Assembly: GCA_965113315.1 (NCBI GenBank) | Contig: OZ220374.1 | From: Podarcis vaucheri | Lineage: Eukaryota | Reading direction: 5' to 3' (one strand) | Length of the DNA: 64,000 nucleotides | Shown here: piece after piece, positions 52,760 through 64,000 of the stretch | Numbering within the stretch: the stretch's first letter is position 1 | Layout of the letters: every line of letters begins with the position of its first letter | The notes under the pieces: generated by a model | What the model was told of the DNA's origin: nothing | Databases searched by the model: none | What the model saw: only the letters and a program-made list of their open reading frames with translations | Translations under genes and position numbers: made by a program

Positions 52760-53576
52760 CTAAGGAACAGCAAAGGTATTAGTTTGGAACAGGTGTTTCT
52801 GGAAACTGTGTTTAGTAGAGACAGCTTTCTGAAAAGGTGGGTTCTCAACAGCTGGATATCAATGAGAGCGTTTTTGTGACTATTAACTGCAACAAGACCC
52901 CAAGTAATGATTTGATCTGCCTTAATTGCTTAATAAGTGAACACTGTGGGGCACACTTTTTTCTTCCCTTCCCTTTATCCGTTAAAGAAATGCATACTTG
53001 CCTATCTTCAAGCAGTTAAATGAAAGCACACAGAGCTCCCACTTTTAAACGACAGAATGAACATCTAAACCAGGTTTACTATGATATTATTGGTATGTTT
53101 CATACACTCATAATCACCGGACTGAGACTGTGTATTAATTGAAGTATTGATTGCTAGTATTACACTCTACTAAAAGGGAAAGTTACCTGTACAAAGCTGA
53201 GCAATTTATCATTTCCCATGGAGAACAGGTCTAATAAAGAACATGAGTTATGATAACTAAATAAAAACCCCATGTTCAGAGGTGGTGTATCACTGGATAT
53301 CAGTTTCTTAGGGAACAGACTATAGGAGAAAGCTCTTGCCCTCAAGACCTGGTTTATGGGTTTCCCAGAAGCATCAGCCTGGCCTCTTCTGGAAGCAGAG
53401 AAGATGATGGAGTAGAATATTAAATGGGCCCTTGCTCAGATATCCAACTGGAGTGATACCTGGAATGAGACCTACTTTCATGATAAGCCATGGATGTATT
53501 AGCTGCCTCTGGGACAAACCTGGAACTCTGAAGTGAAGGGTGGTCAGTCATGCTGCCCCAGGCTCCTTTAGCTGTA

Positions 53577-53827
53577 CAGTGGTACTTTGGTACTCAAACA
53601 ACTTGGCTCCCGAACAAATTGGCTCCTGAAGGCCACAAACCTGGAAGTAAGTGTTCCAGTTTGCGAACGTTTTTTGAAAGCCAGATGTCTGACACGGCTT
53701 CTGCGGCTTCTGATTGAGTGCAGAAAGCTCCTGCAGCCAGTCGGAAGCTGCGCCTTGGTTTTCTAACCGTTTCAGGAGTCAAACGGACTTCTGGAACGGA
53801 TCAAGTTTGAGAACCAAGGCACCACTG
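53577..53827. mobile_element. Tigger-like MITE related to the 23854 copy
   Basis: TA|CAGTGGTACTTTGG...CCAAGGCACCACTG|TA; shared core gcagcca.tcggaag. Confidence 0.85.
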
Positions 53828-54039
53828 TATATGAATAATTATATAGATCTACACCAAGCTCTTGGACTTACATATTATTATTATTGTTCCTCTTAATTTC
53901 AGTTCCTCAACTGTCCATGAGGCACCCTGGAGCAATTTACTATATAAAGCAATTTGCAATTATATAAGCTAGCAGCTGCTATGAATTGTGATTAATTACT
54001 GCTACTGTTTATTACTACTACTACTACTACTATTACTAC

Positions 54040-54273
54040 CTGAGAAGCTGTTGTTTTCAGCTTCTGAATGCCATTCACAAGGTGTTCCTTGTGCTGGGAC
54101 ATTTTCTGGATTTTCTTCTCCAGGAGGTTCTTATAAAGCATGATTTGTTCCAGAAAGCTTTTGGGAGTTGTATAGTTGTATCTCCTCTCATTCAGCCGAA
54201 ACTTTGCGCTCATCTCATTTACACTGGTGTGGGCATAGGCCATGAAACGGCAAATAGAGTCATGAAACTGTGG
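54040..54273 (-). CDS. DNAH11: DNAH11 exon C (PQFHDS...[13 protein letters not shown]...KLKTTASQ)
   Basis: ttttcag acceptor, CAG|gtag donor, 234 nt. Confidence 0.95.
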
Positions 54274-55399
54274 CTGAAAACATAAAAGGGCATGAAAGGG
54301 CATTTAAATTTCAAGTGTTAAAAATTCAGCTAACGAAATATATAGCCAACTGTAGCAAAAACTACTGATTCTAAGACAAGTATGCACAAACATATGAATT
54401 TTAACATTTAAAAGTACCTAGACATTTATAAAACATTATTTTTCATTATATGTATATTGTATTGTATATTGTATATTGTATAATTTATGTACAGTATGTC
54501 TCTACATGTGTGAGACACCCCCCCCACACACCCCTTAAAATGCTGCACTATCAATGTAAGCAATTTCCATTTCGTCCTTAGTGACTTCTACCATACTTAA
54601 CTTTCTAATTTGTGGAATCACATCTCCCTCATTTTAATGATTATTTATTGCATTCAATACAAGATGTACCCAGTTCAATTAATCAGGGGAAACTTAAAAA
54701 TCAATTAATATGAATTAAATGAGCTACTGCAACTCTTAGAAAAGTCACACATAATTTACCAAAGAATTGTCAATAATACTTAGGAGAGCTTTAGGAAAAT
54801 TACTCATGAGCGGTTGTTGATACAGCTAAACGTTTCAAGCCAGCATAATTAATATTACAAACAGGTTCATTTAGACAACTTGTAATTTATCTCCGAAACA
54901 AAACTTATTTTTAAACACAGCTTCGTTTAGAAAGAGCTGCTTTTAAACTACAGTAATGAGAGTGCAATTTAAACACACGGAATCAGTATACAAGTTGGGT
55001 GCAAAGTGACCAAACTCCCGTTTCCCCAAAGAAATGTTTTGTCTATGTTCAAATAACTTTTTGATGAGACCAGAATCCGCCTTAGAGCTTAAGAGGCTAA
55101 ATTACTCAGCCCATCATTTTCTCTCTTCTGCAGGTGCCCCCCCCTCTCTTTCTCTCTGCCATGGGGACTTTCTTACAGAACGACTGGCTTCTTCCCAACC
55201 ATGATCCTTATGAGAGACCTTTAAGCAGCAGTTCCGAAAAGCCTTTGGTAACAACAGTTTCATTTTAAAACCAGCCTGGGTAGTAGCTGGTGGTTCCGGT
55301 AGAGCTGGAAGTGGCTTGAGACAACTTGTCCCAGTGGGGCAAAATAACTATTGTTGTCAAGCTTAACAAAATGGCACAGCATGGGAGGCATGCTGGGCC

Positions 55400-55830
55400 A
55401 GAGAGCAGCTGGTTGTAATTCACACTGTTTTTCAGAAAACCCTAATCGTTCTGAGCAGACCTCTTTGATGATTGGTCTTCCCTGCATTTTCAATTTGTCA
55501 CTTTCTCTTATGATAAGGTCAGCAGTGACAGCACTTCCTGACATTAACAGCTGTGGCTTCTAAAAGGGTCATTGTGGAACTACTAATTGCAGTAATTTCA
55601 TTAGCATAAATTATTTATTCTGCCGTTCATTTATCTCCGAGGTTTTGGTGGTGTTTTGTTCAATACTACACCTTATTCCTGCCCCCCCCCCCCGCTGTAT
55701 CAGCTCCATCAGGCAGCAAGGCAAACAATATGATTAATGCTAATTTGACCCTTTTAAAAAAAAGAATTATGCAAATTGCCCCTTTTTATTTAACTCTGAA
55801 GGATTAAACAGCAGTAAACCAATAACCAAC
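55400..55830. promoter_or_regulatory. Candidate conserved intronic enhancer
   Basis: Repeat-free block with POU-type (ATTAGCAT 55600, ATGCTAAT 55737, ATGCAAAT 55769), Sox-type (CATTGT 55570, AACAAT 55724) and TAAT motifs. Confidence 0.45.
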
Positions 55831-56326
55831 ACAAATTTCCTCTAAATAAAATGTTTTAAAATGTTCCCAGGGACAACTAGGAAATCCTTTAAGGTCTGTT
55901 TTTCAAACATATACACATGTACATGCTCACACACACACAGACAAGCCTTGATTTAGCAAGCAATGAGAAATAAAATTCCATGCATTGATATCCCTTTAAA
56001 ATATTTTACCATACACATAAAAGGATGAAGTATGGAGCAGGAAAGCCCAGTAGCCAGCACCTGTTGCCATGTCTGCAGTATGCTTTAGAACCAGGATGCA
56101 TTGCGACACAGGTGGTTGCTGCCGTCTGATAATTAGCTGCTTAGGTTAGTTTTGAGGTACTGATTCCTGGTGTCCTTCTTCTTCCCTGGCCAGTGACTGG
56201 ATTAACTGAATTTATTTTGTTCCATGTTTCCGTCATACAAGAATACGGTATGTAAACTTGTTGTTTAATTTGTATGTTACTTAGTTTGTATATGGATTAT
56301 GTTACATCATGTTTGTTTAATTTAGA

Positions 56327-56395
56327 GTATGCACGGCTGACGAAGCCCGGTTGGGCAAAACAAGGTATTATCCTGGAATCCTTGTCATGCCATAC
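56327..56395 (+). ncRNA. Degenerate type-I hammerhead ribozyme motif, probably Penelope-associated
   Basis: CTGACGA-A-GCCC(GGTT)GGGC-AAAA-CAAGG...CCTTG-TC; G12 replaced by A and stem I imperfect. Confidence 0.5.
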
Positions 56396-57729
56396 CTTCA
56401 AGTATCCAATCTGATCCAATATCTACATGTGCCATATCTTCAGGTTTTCCATCTAATCTGATATCTACATACAAGGAACGTTAGAATCCTCAAAGCAGCG
56501 ATACGTGGAACATCTTAAGCATACCATATTGTGGTTATTGCCAATATGTCAATTTAGGAACCGAATCGACTTTATCTCCTGACCACCCATGGGACTTTAA
56601 TTTCTCTTGATATGCTCTCTTTGCATGATGTGTTGGTCTATGGAATTACACTGTGTGAGATATTATATGTTGAATTGTGTTTGAAATAGAAAATACGTTG
56701 TCAAAAACAGCAGCAATCACCGGCAGAGAAGATCGCCAGAGGCAGTAGTAGTATGAATGCAGCTCATTGTTATGAACTGAGGCCCAATGGTTTTCCTTTG
56801 GACTTTTATCACTGGGAGGAGTTCCACGCAGGCAGGCATCACCAATCTACATGTGGAGTTCCTCCCAGTTCTGATGTAAATTTGCATGCCGACTCACATG
56901 GGAGCTCTATGTGTACATTTTTCATGTAGGCAGCAACACTGTCCAAGAATTCCATTCGAAATGCAAACTTGGCTGCGACGTCTCATTTTGATTGATTATT
57001 TCATCCTCCCAAACTTCCAGCCTGCCTTGATTTTTTATTTTTTCTTAACAGTGTCTCATTCAATGCAATTACTATAGCTTTGCAAATCATGGGGTTGGGT
57101 CAATTAGAAGTTGACTCTAGGTTCTACTAATGAATTTAATTATAGATCTTGAATTTGTTGTCGCAAGTTTACTGGATAATGCAGCTCATGCACACTAATG
57201 ACCATTATATGTGGTCAACTGTCCTTTAAACAAATGGAAATAAAAGGTTTCCCCTAGATATCTAAAATCAGTGTGGAGTAAATTGTAAAATAAGAGAGAA
57301 AGCCACTCTACATCCATCAATCTTCATCTGACTGAATACACTAGAGAAAGGGAGCAGGAATTTTATTCCCCCCCCCAAGGAGTTTACGTATCATTTCTTA
57401 AAAATTTGCTATCTAATAACCCTCATGCATAGTATCTTTTGATTTTGATTACACCACTCTTTCATCTCATCCCTCTTTTTAAAGGAAATTTACTTCCTCA
57501 AATCAAGGCACCGAGTACAGCTTTACACCTCCCCATTATTTCTCCCACTACCTGTTACGCCTGTCACTATGTTGAGAATAATGCTCCTGTTGCTTCTTTT
57601 AGCCTTTGAGCGCTGTTGTTGATGGGAGGCTAAAACAAATGGGCAAAACCCAGACTCCATGTGCACTTGGGTTAGTGGTGCTGGGCTGAGCCAAGCATGA
57701 ATCAATTGCTTACTCTTCTACCCTCAGCT

Positions 57730-57967
57730 ATGGAATACCCCCCTTCCCAAAGGCACCTTCTTTCAATCAATATTTTCGTGAGCAGGTGAAGACTTTTCTT
57801 CTTCTTCCAGGCCTTTAAAAAATCTATGTTTTTAGTGTTCTGATGTGCCATATATTTCTAGTTGCCTGCTTTTATTCTTCCCTTTGCTGTATTTTATGCT
57901 ATTAAATTTTAAGTTGTATGTTACCATTTTATTTGTGAGATGCCCAAAGAAGTGTGCCATAGAGTGG

Positions 57968-58015
<48 letters not shown>
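57730..58015 (+). mobile_element. Older LINE (L2-like) 3' end with (TTA)n tail
   Basis: gtgaagacttttctt...ggcctttaa, T-rich UTR, then TTA microsatellite. Confidence 0.55.
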
Positions 58016-58016
<1 letters not shown>

Positions 58017-58155
58017 TACTATATTTCCTATATATAATAGGTACATTATTAAAACAGGATGCAACACTGCCTGCAGGTTAATTGAAGAGCTGCTATATTT
58101 CACAAAACCCTTAGAACTGCAAAATCAGTTTTGTGCAAGCTCTGAAGAGGCAGCT

Positions 58156-58188
<33 letters not shown>

Positions 58189-58203
58189 CTCTCTTTCTCT
58201 CTC
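58156..58203. repeat. (CT)n microsatellite
   Basis: Direct reading. Confidence 0.9.
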
Positions 58204-61200
58204 CCCCTCCCCTAAAATACTTAAGACAAGAACAATTTAAGAATTGGAAAAACATGGCTTCCCTTTAGCAAAACCGTATCTTGGGGTTCTGCTGTACATC
58301 TCAATTCCTTCTACAGGAATTATCTTTGTAGGTTCCAATTAACATTTTTGTTGTTGCTGCTGCCATATTCTTCCAGGACCTCTCTCATTCAGTTCATGCC
58401 ATGCAGGCAGTTTCTCACAAAAGTGACTGTACTCAAAACATCAGCCTAGTTCCACCTAGCCACTCAAGCCACTAGCACATCCCTTGCCCTGAACCACAAA
58501 ACAGGTAATTTGTTCTGTCAGCACATGCACTGAAGCAAATAGAATTATGTCGTGACAATAAGATATAAAAACGATGCTGGCTGCCAATTTGTGCTTGCAG
58601 AGGGGGCAGGATTTGCAATAAGGTATGGAGATGGGTCTGCAAAATATAGGAAGAGTGTGAATTTTGTGGGGGGGGGTCTTAGTGAGGGATTTAAACTCTG
58701 ATGGGAAGGTTATTAAAAATGATGGAACATAGATTAATTTTAATTTCCATCTAGATGTCCATAGCCTATTGTATCATAAAACTTAATAATTTAAGAGCAA
58801 TCCTTAATTAAAATCTAAACTGAAGTGACACTCCACATTGGCTAAAGTACTGGTATAATATCCACTGTTTTTAAAGTATGTATTTCCCCCTTTAATCAGT
58901 GAGGAGTGGTTCATAATTTTATTCTCATTCTTACACTCAGAAAGGCAATAGATTCTAGCAACAAATTTATCCAATACATCGACGCAACAGTGTTTTCTTC
59001 AGTAAGGGTACCTGAACATCTCTCTTGAGTTAGGAACCCAACTAGGCTGCATCACCAATATGTATGTCGCTGGATCATTAACTTCAGTGGATGTAAAATG
59101 GCATGTGCAGAATAACATCTGTAGGAAGTGTCGTGACTTTCCTCTTAACTGCTACAGTTGCACTAGCCCTCATCCAATATTATAAGTTTGCTAGTGTACA
59201 CCATTACATGTGCAGGGTTTACTATGTACAGTATTTACCTTTGATTTCTAGCATTAATAATTGCAGTAACTAACTTCTGCTAGGTTTATCAAGGCAATCT
59301 TCAGCGACGACCTTGACCAGTATTCATTGTAGGTAGCTCTTAACATATTCAGTTTCTTTCCTAAAATTTGTTTTATTTTGAAGCATTACTAAGAGAGAGA
59401 GGTAAGTCTGGCATATTTTCTTTTTTAAAGGAATATGTAAACATATATATGTTGATAAGCATCCAGAGTTTCACATACTGGGGGAAAACCCCCCCCACAG
59501 AATAAAAGTAAAGCTTTGGGAAGCCCAGAAACTAAATGTACTCAGAAACTGAACGCATCACAAGAAATGACAGCTCTAAATTTCTGAAAAACTGCACTAA
59601 TATTCTACACTGCCCTGAACAGAAAATAAAGACAAGTCTCTCCATGGCCAGTAGATGTCATTGGTCACTCTTCGTAATATCAGAAAAGCTGTTTCACAGC
59701 TCAATACTGGCAGCAGAAGAGGTAAAGGAATTAAAACTAAATTTCATACCCCGGCCCTCTTTTTGACTGTTTTCCAATCATTTGGTATTATTGCATTTAG
59801 ATGAAATGGAAGTTGTTTGTTTGTTTGTTTGTTTTTTTAAAGTATCATTTCTCACAAGAAGGGGCATTACCCTGACCACTGAAATGGGTTTCTTGCTGAA
59901 GTTAAGTAAATACATTTACCGAGCACCGATCAGTTTACGCATTTCCAGAAGCATAGCATGGATTTATAATTGCTGTTAAGACCAGACCTTTAATGGCTGC
60001 CTTTGTAACATTGTAACAGTGTCTTTCTGCCACAAAATTCTCTTTTCTAGGACAGGAAAGCAATGAACTACTGAGAACTGATGCATGCAGCCCACTTGAA
60101 ATTCTATACTTCCCATCGTTACAAATTCCTTACATAAACTTGTTAGCATCACAGCAAACAGATACCAATGCTACTGAACGCTCACTGCTATATCAAACTA
60201 AAACACTGGAATAATGGCCATAACAAAATATTTATGGAAGAAAATTCTGATTCATTTCTAGAGTGCTGTTTTTTTCAAGTTTTTTAACTATACAGTAGAA
60301 ATGCCTTCTATAGCAGGAACTGAATCTTCTTTTACATCAGTCTCTGTCATCAGCACCAGTATTGATGTCAGGTCATTAATATTTGGCTTTCCTCAATGGT
60401 TAATCACCTTGATGCAAATCTTAACCTTTCTTGAACTTCCCATTCCTGGTCAAAGTTGATCCAGGGGGAAGTCAAATGATGAACATAACAAAACACCTTG
60501 TAGAGCTGGAGGACAATGTTTTATGAGCATTTCTCCATCTGGCTCTTTATCACCCTCAAGAGAAAGCTGGTGTGTGTGTGTGGGGGGGGGGGAACTAAAG
60601 AGGAAAATGAAGCTGAATAATTGATAAGCTTTCATTATAACATACAGTATTCAGTTCTGACTTTGATTTTTTTTTTTTAGATTGTAGTTATTACATCTTG
60701 CAAAAATCTGCAAGAAAAGAGAAGACAAAATGTTGTCAACTTAGATGCCCTTTTAAAGAGAGACCTGAGTTCTCATATTTTTATGCCCAGCTTTCTACCT
60801 TTGGAGAACCTTAGAAAGTGGAAAGAAAGGTCAGAATTAAATCACTGCAGGGTTGCAATGTTCAATTCCTTCTATTTTCAGGTATTCAAGTGCATTTGTT
60901 TAATTGCACACAAAAAACCCCAAACCCCCAAACACGCCCCCCCAAAAAAAACTTAAGCAAAACCCCTGAATTGGTAGAGTTCCATTTCAGTGAGATCGCT
61001 AATAGTTCATGTACAGATGTTGGGATCATTGTACATTTTGCCTTAAAAAAAACAAATTCTCCCTATTTCAAACTGTCAAAATTGCACTGAAGAAACTGGC
61101 TCCACAGTATTAGGTAACCGCCATGAACTCTGCAACCTTAAATGAAGACAAATATGAGAAGCAACAAAAAGGATCCCCCCCCCCCAGCTTGTCCATGATT

Positions 61201-61262
61201 GATCTTCCAGAGAGCTGTGCTGCTGCTTTTTGCATATGACTGGCAAGTTTGAAACTCTGTAC

Positions 61263-61424
61263 CTTAATCCCAGGCGCCTCCTCAATGAACCTCCTGCTGA
61301 CCGACTGCAGGGCCTCCTGCGGCCACTCATGAAACCAGTCAATAGCTGTGCAGTTAACTATGGCTGGGAACTTCCGAGCTCTAACTCTCAGTGTGGAACC
61401 GACAGGAGAGAAACACAGAATGAT
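61263..61424 (-). CDS. DNAH11: DNAH11 exon B ([35 protein letters not shown]...GIK), AAA4
   Basis: gcacag acceptor, AAG|gtac donor, 162 nt; not in the ORF track, read by hand. Confidence 0.95.
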
Positions 61425-63011
61425 CTGTGCAGATGAGGAGGGAAAGAAAGAAAGAATGAAGTATATTACATGGCGATCAAAGAGAGAGGAACTCAGTCAA
61501 CTGTGGTGGCAGCGAGCCACTGCAATCAGGCTCACAAATGAAAATGCAATCTACCTAGCAGCTAATGAATTTAGGCAAATTAGGACTTTACACCCAAAAA
61601 ACAATGTTTTATTCACTTGCACTGTGCTTGATGCTTCACCAAAAATCTTCCCACTTGTGGGTTACCTCCCCACCTAGGTCCAGTATCAGTTAATGAACTT
61701 CATATGTATTAATCAACAAAGCAAAATCCTAACAATCATATTCAGTCAACAGAGCAATCAATTTGACATAACACAACTTCTTGGGTTTCTGATCCTGTGC
61801 AGGGTCAGTGTGATCCCGAGATATTTAAATAAACAAATATATTCCTATTTGGGTGAGTTTTTGGTTTTGATGCAATATATCACTGCCACCCTCAAGATTT
61901 TCCTAATAGGAACCGCTTTTTTCTAATAAATTTTTATAATAAGAACTAGATAAATGCCCATATATTTCCAAATAATCCGGTAAAATTATGCTTTGCTGTG
62001 CCTCACATCCTAGACACTTTGAAGAAAGTCCAACAGATTTAAATAGAATTTAGCACCCAGTAACTGAAGTCCTAAGTCACAACAGACGTTCTCCCCTTCC
62101 ATCAGTACATGTTGTCTTCCAGATGTTTTAACTAATATCTTCTGCAACACACAGTCTCTACTTTAAAGTCTGAATAGATACTTCCTATAGCTGACTCTGG
62201 AAGTACTAATTTTGCACAGTGGGACACCTGCAAAGCAGTAGCAAGGCAATGCACATTCTGAAAGCAGTTTCTAAAAAGCTGTTAAAAATAATGAAGTCAT
62301 GAGTGAAATTAGAGGATCGAAGACAATGGAAGGAAGGAGTTTAGAAGAGATATATGTTACTATGTACACCCCTCCTCCAAAAAGCAGTAGCTAGAGCCAA
62401 ACATTTTGAGAGCCAAAATTTCCTCCATATAAAACATAAAAACCAAACAGTCTTCTTGAAGCAATGTGTGATATGGAACAGTTGTGCAAAGTAAGGCATA
62501 GACCAATTTCAATTGGGGAAAAAAGTTTTACTGTCATGTTAGTGTCTTTATTTTGCTGCATACTGCCGACATTATCCTCACCCCAAGGGCTCTTAAAAAT
62601 GCAGCTAGGAAACAGTTCTATAATATATAGCAGGTGGAGAATGCTGTCTTTACTATCATAGAGTACTGTGCACACATCAATAATTTCTGGCCACCAGAGT
62701 TCAAGGAAGTGGTGGACAAACTAGAAAACAATATGGCAACGTATACCTAGAAATCATAGCTTAAGGAAGATATCAAAGACATTGGGAATATTTATCCCTA
62801 GATGGGCACATGCAAAATGTGACACAGAAAACTTAAATCTTGAAAACACGGGTTCTGAATTTGCTAGACACTAAACACAGAGGAAAGGAAGATGGCTTTG
62901 TACGGTGTTGTAATATCTATGGCATTCACATACCTAGTATTTATCTGTTCATCACTAGTTAAAAATATGTTCAGTATTCTTATTTATAACCCCAGATCCA
63001 TTGTTTCTTAC

Positions 63012-63154
63012 TTTTAGCTGCAGTCGTACTCTATCTAAAAAGAATCTCCAGCAGTTTTCTCTACTGTCAATAACACCAAGTCCCCGTATCTCACTCCTAA
63101 TTCCCGCAATTATATCATCCATATCTTCATCACTGAATAGATCTGGAACTTCTC
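63012..63154 (-). CDS. DNAH11: DNAH11 exon A ([12 protein letters not shown]...RVRLQLK), AAA4
   Basis: ttgtag acceptor, AAA|gtaaga donor, 143 nt, phase 1 to 0. Confidence 0.95.
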
Positions 63155-63402
63155 CTACAATGAAATAAAAAACGGGGGTGAAGAAGTACCCACAATTACA
63201 AAATGAACACAACCAAATTACAAGTTTCAATATGTTTTGCTCTTTTGGCTCTAAACCTAGAAACACTTTTTAAATTTGGCTGACTCTGGTAACAAGTGTC
63301 TGAGAAATGGCATTAGATATGGGTTAACCCAGTTTTGCTTTAAACTAGTGTTATATCTGTATTGAGTTTTCTACTAGTTTGTCCACCTTGTGATCTTTAA
63401 GA

Positions 63403-63765
63403 TAAAGGTAAAGGTACCCCTGCCCGTACGGGCCAGTCATGTCCGACTCTAGGGTTGCGTGCTCATCTCACTCTAGAGGCCGTGAGCCGGCGCCGTCCGA
63501 AGACACTTCCGGGTCACGTGGCCAGCGTGACGAAGCTACAGCTGGCGAGCCAGCACCAGCGCAGCACACGGAAACGCTGTTTACCTTCCCGCCAGAGCGG
63601 TACCTATTTATCTACTTGCACTTAAGAGTGTTTTCGAACTGCTAGGTGGGCAGGAGCTGGGACCTAACGACGGGAGCTCACCCCGCCGCAGGGATTCGAA
63701 CCGCCGACCATACGATCAGCAAGTCCTAGGCACTGAGGTTTTACCCACAGCGCCACCCGTGTCCC
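63403..63765 (-). mobile_element. Full-length Sauria SINE, different subfamily from the 42.3 kb copy
   Basis: Reverse-strand head GGGACACGGGTGGCGCTGTGG, ACCTTT tail, TSD TGATCTTTAAGATAA at 63391-63405 and 63768-63782. Confidence 0.9.
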
Positions 63766-63917
63766 ACTGATCTTTAAGATAAGGCAGTTCAAAAATTTAA
63801 AAAATGCAGTCACAAATCTTGTATATTTAATAACAATTCCCCTGCTACAAACATAAACAGCTCCATTCTAGACCATTTTGTTTTGGAAAATGTGCCTTGC
63901 AAAACTATAGGTTAGGC

Positions 63918-64000
63918 CAGGCATCCCCAACCTTCGGCCCTCCAGATGTTTTGGCCTACAATTCCCATGATCCCTAGCTAACAGGACCAGTGGTCAGGGA
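63918..64000. mobile_element. hAT-type MITE cut by the window edge
   Basis: CAGGCATCCCCAACCT start and the same ctacaattcccat...atccctagc core. Confidence 0.8.

Larger units (their letters stand above)
1..64000 (-). other. DNAH11: DNAH11 gene body (3' part of an axonemal dynein heavy chain gene); both ends lie outside the window
   Basis: 28 phase-compatible exons splice into one stop-free frame. Residue strings such as [49 protein letters not shown] and [12 protein letters not shown] match DNAH11 rather than DNAH9/DNAH17 as I recall them. Confidence 0.93.

Noticed and set aside
57845-58215. ORFs with poly-Y, poly-N or poly-L tracts (also at 10286 and 19693)
   Set aside because: Translations of trinucleotide LINE tails.
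155-63154. U12-type introns
   Set aside because: No donor matches RTATCCTT.
1-64000. Assignment to DNAH9 or DNAH17, or pseudogene status
   Set aside because: Diagnostic residues fit DNAH11 better as recalled, and all exons are stop-free and phase-consistent.

Overview
Vertebrate genomic DNA, almost certainly from a squamate lizard (probably a lacertid, inferred from the Sauria SINE and L2 tail types). The whole window lies inside one minus-strand gene, axonemal dynein heavy chain DNAH11. I traced 28 consecutive internal coding exons from 63154 down to 155 (4509 nt, about 1503 codons, no stops, splice phases consistent). They encode the end of AAA4, the stalk and microtubule-binding domain (MTBD), AAA5, the strut, AAA6 and most of the C-terminal domain. 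The 5' exons and the last exon lie outside the window. Two introns need GC donors. The introns contain Sauria SINEs, L1/L2/CR1 3' fragments, a probable solo LTR, Tc1/mariner-pogo and hAT MITEs, Penelope-like relics (one with a degenerate hammerhead ribozyme fold), microsatellites, a 286-N assembly gap, and repeat-free blocks that look like conserved developmental enhancers. I see no convincing new multi-gene system. The best leads are: inverted MITEs flanking the in-frame MTBD exon block, the hammerhead fossil, a hAT end with a hairpin-type palindromic footprint, a palindrome-built MITE carrying kappaB-like sites, the GC donors, and an L1 inserted next to a splice acceptor. Exon letters A-AB are my own labels, and comparisons with human DNAH11 are from memory.
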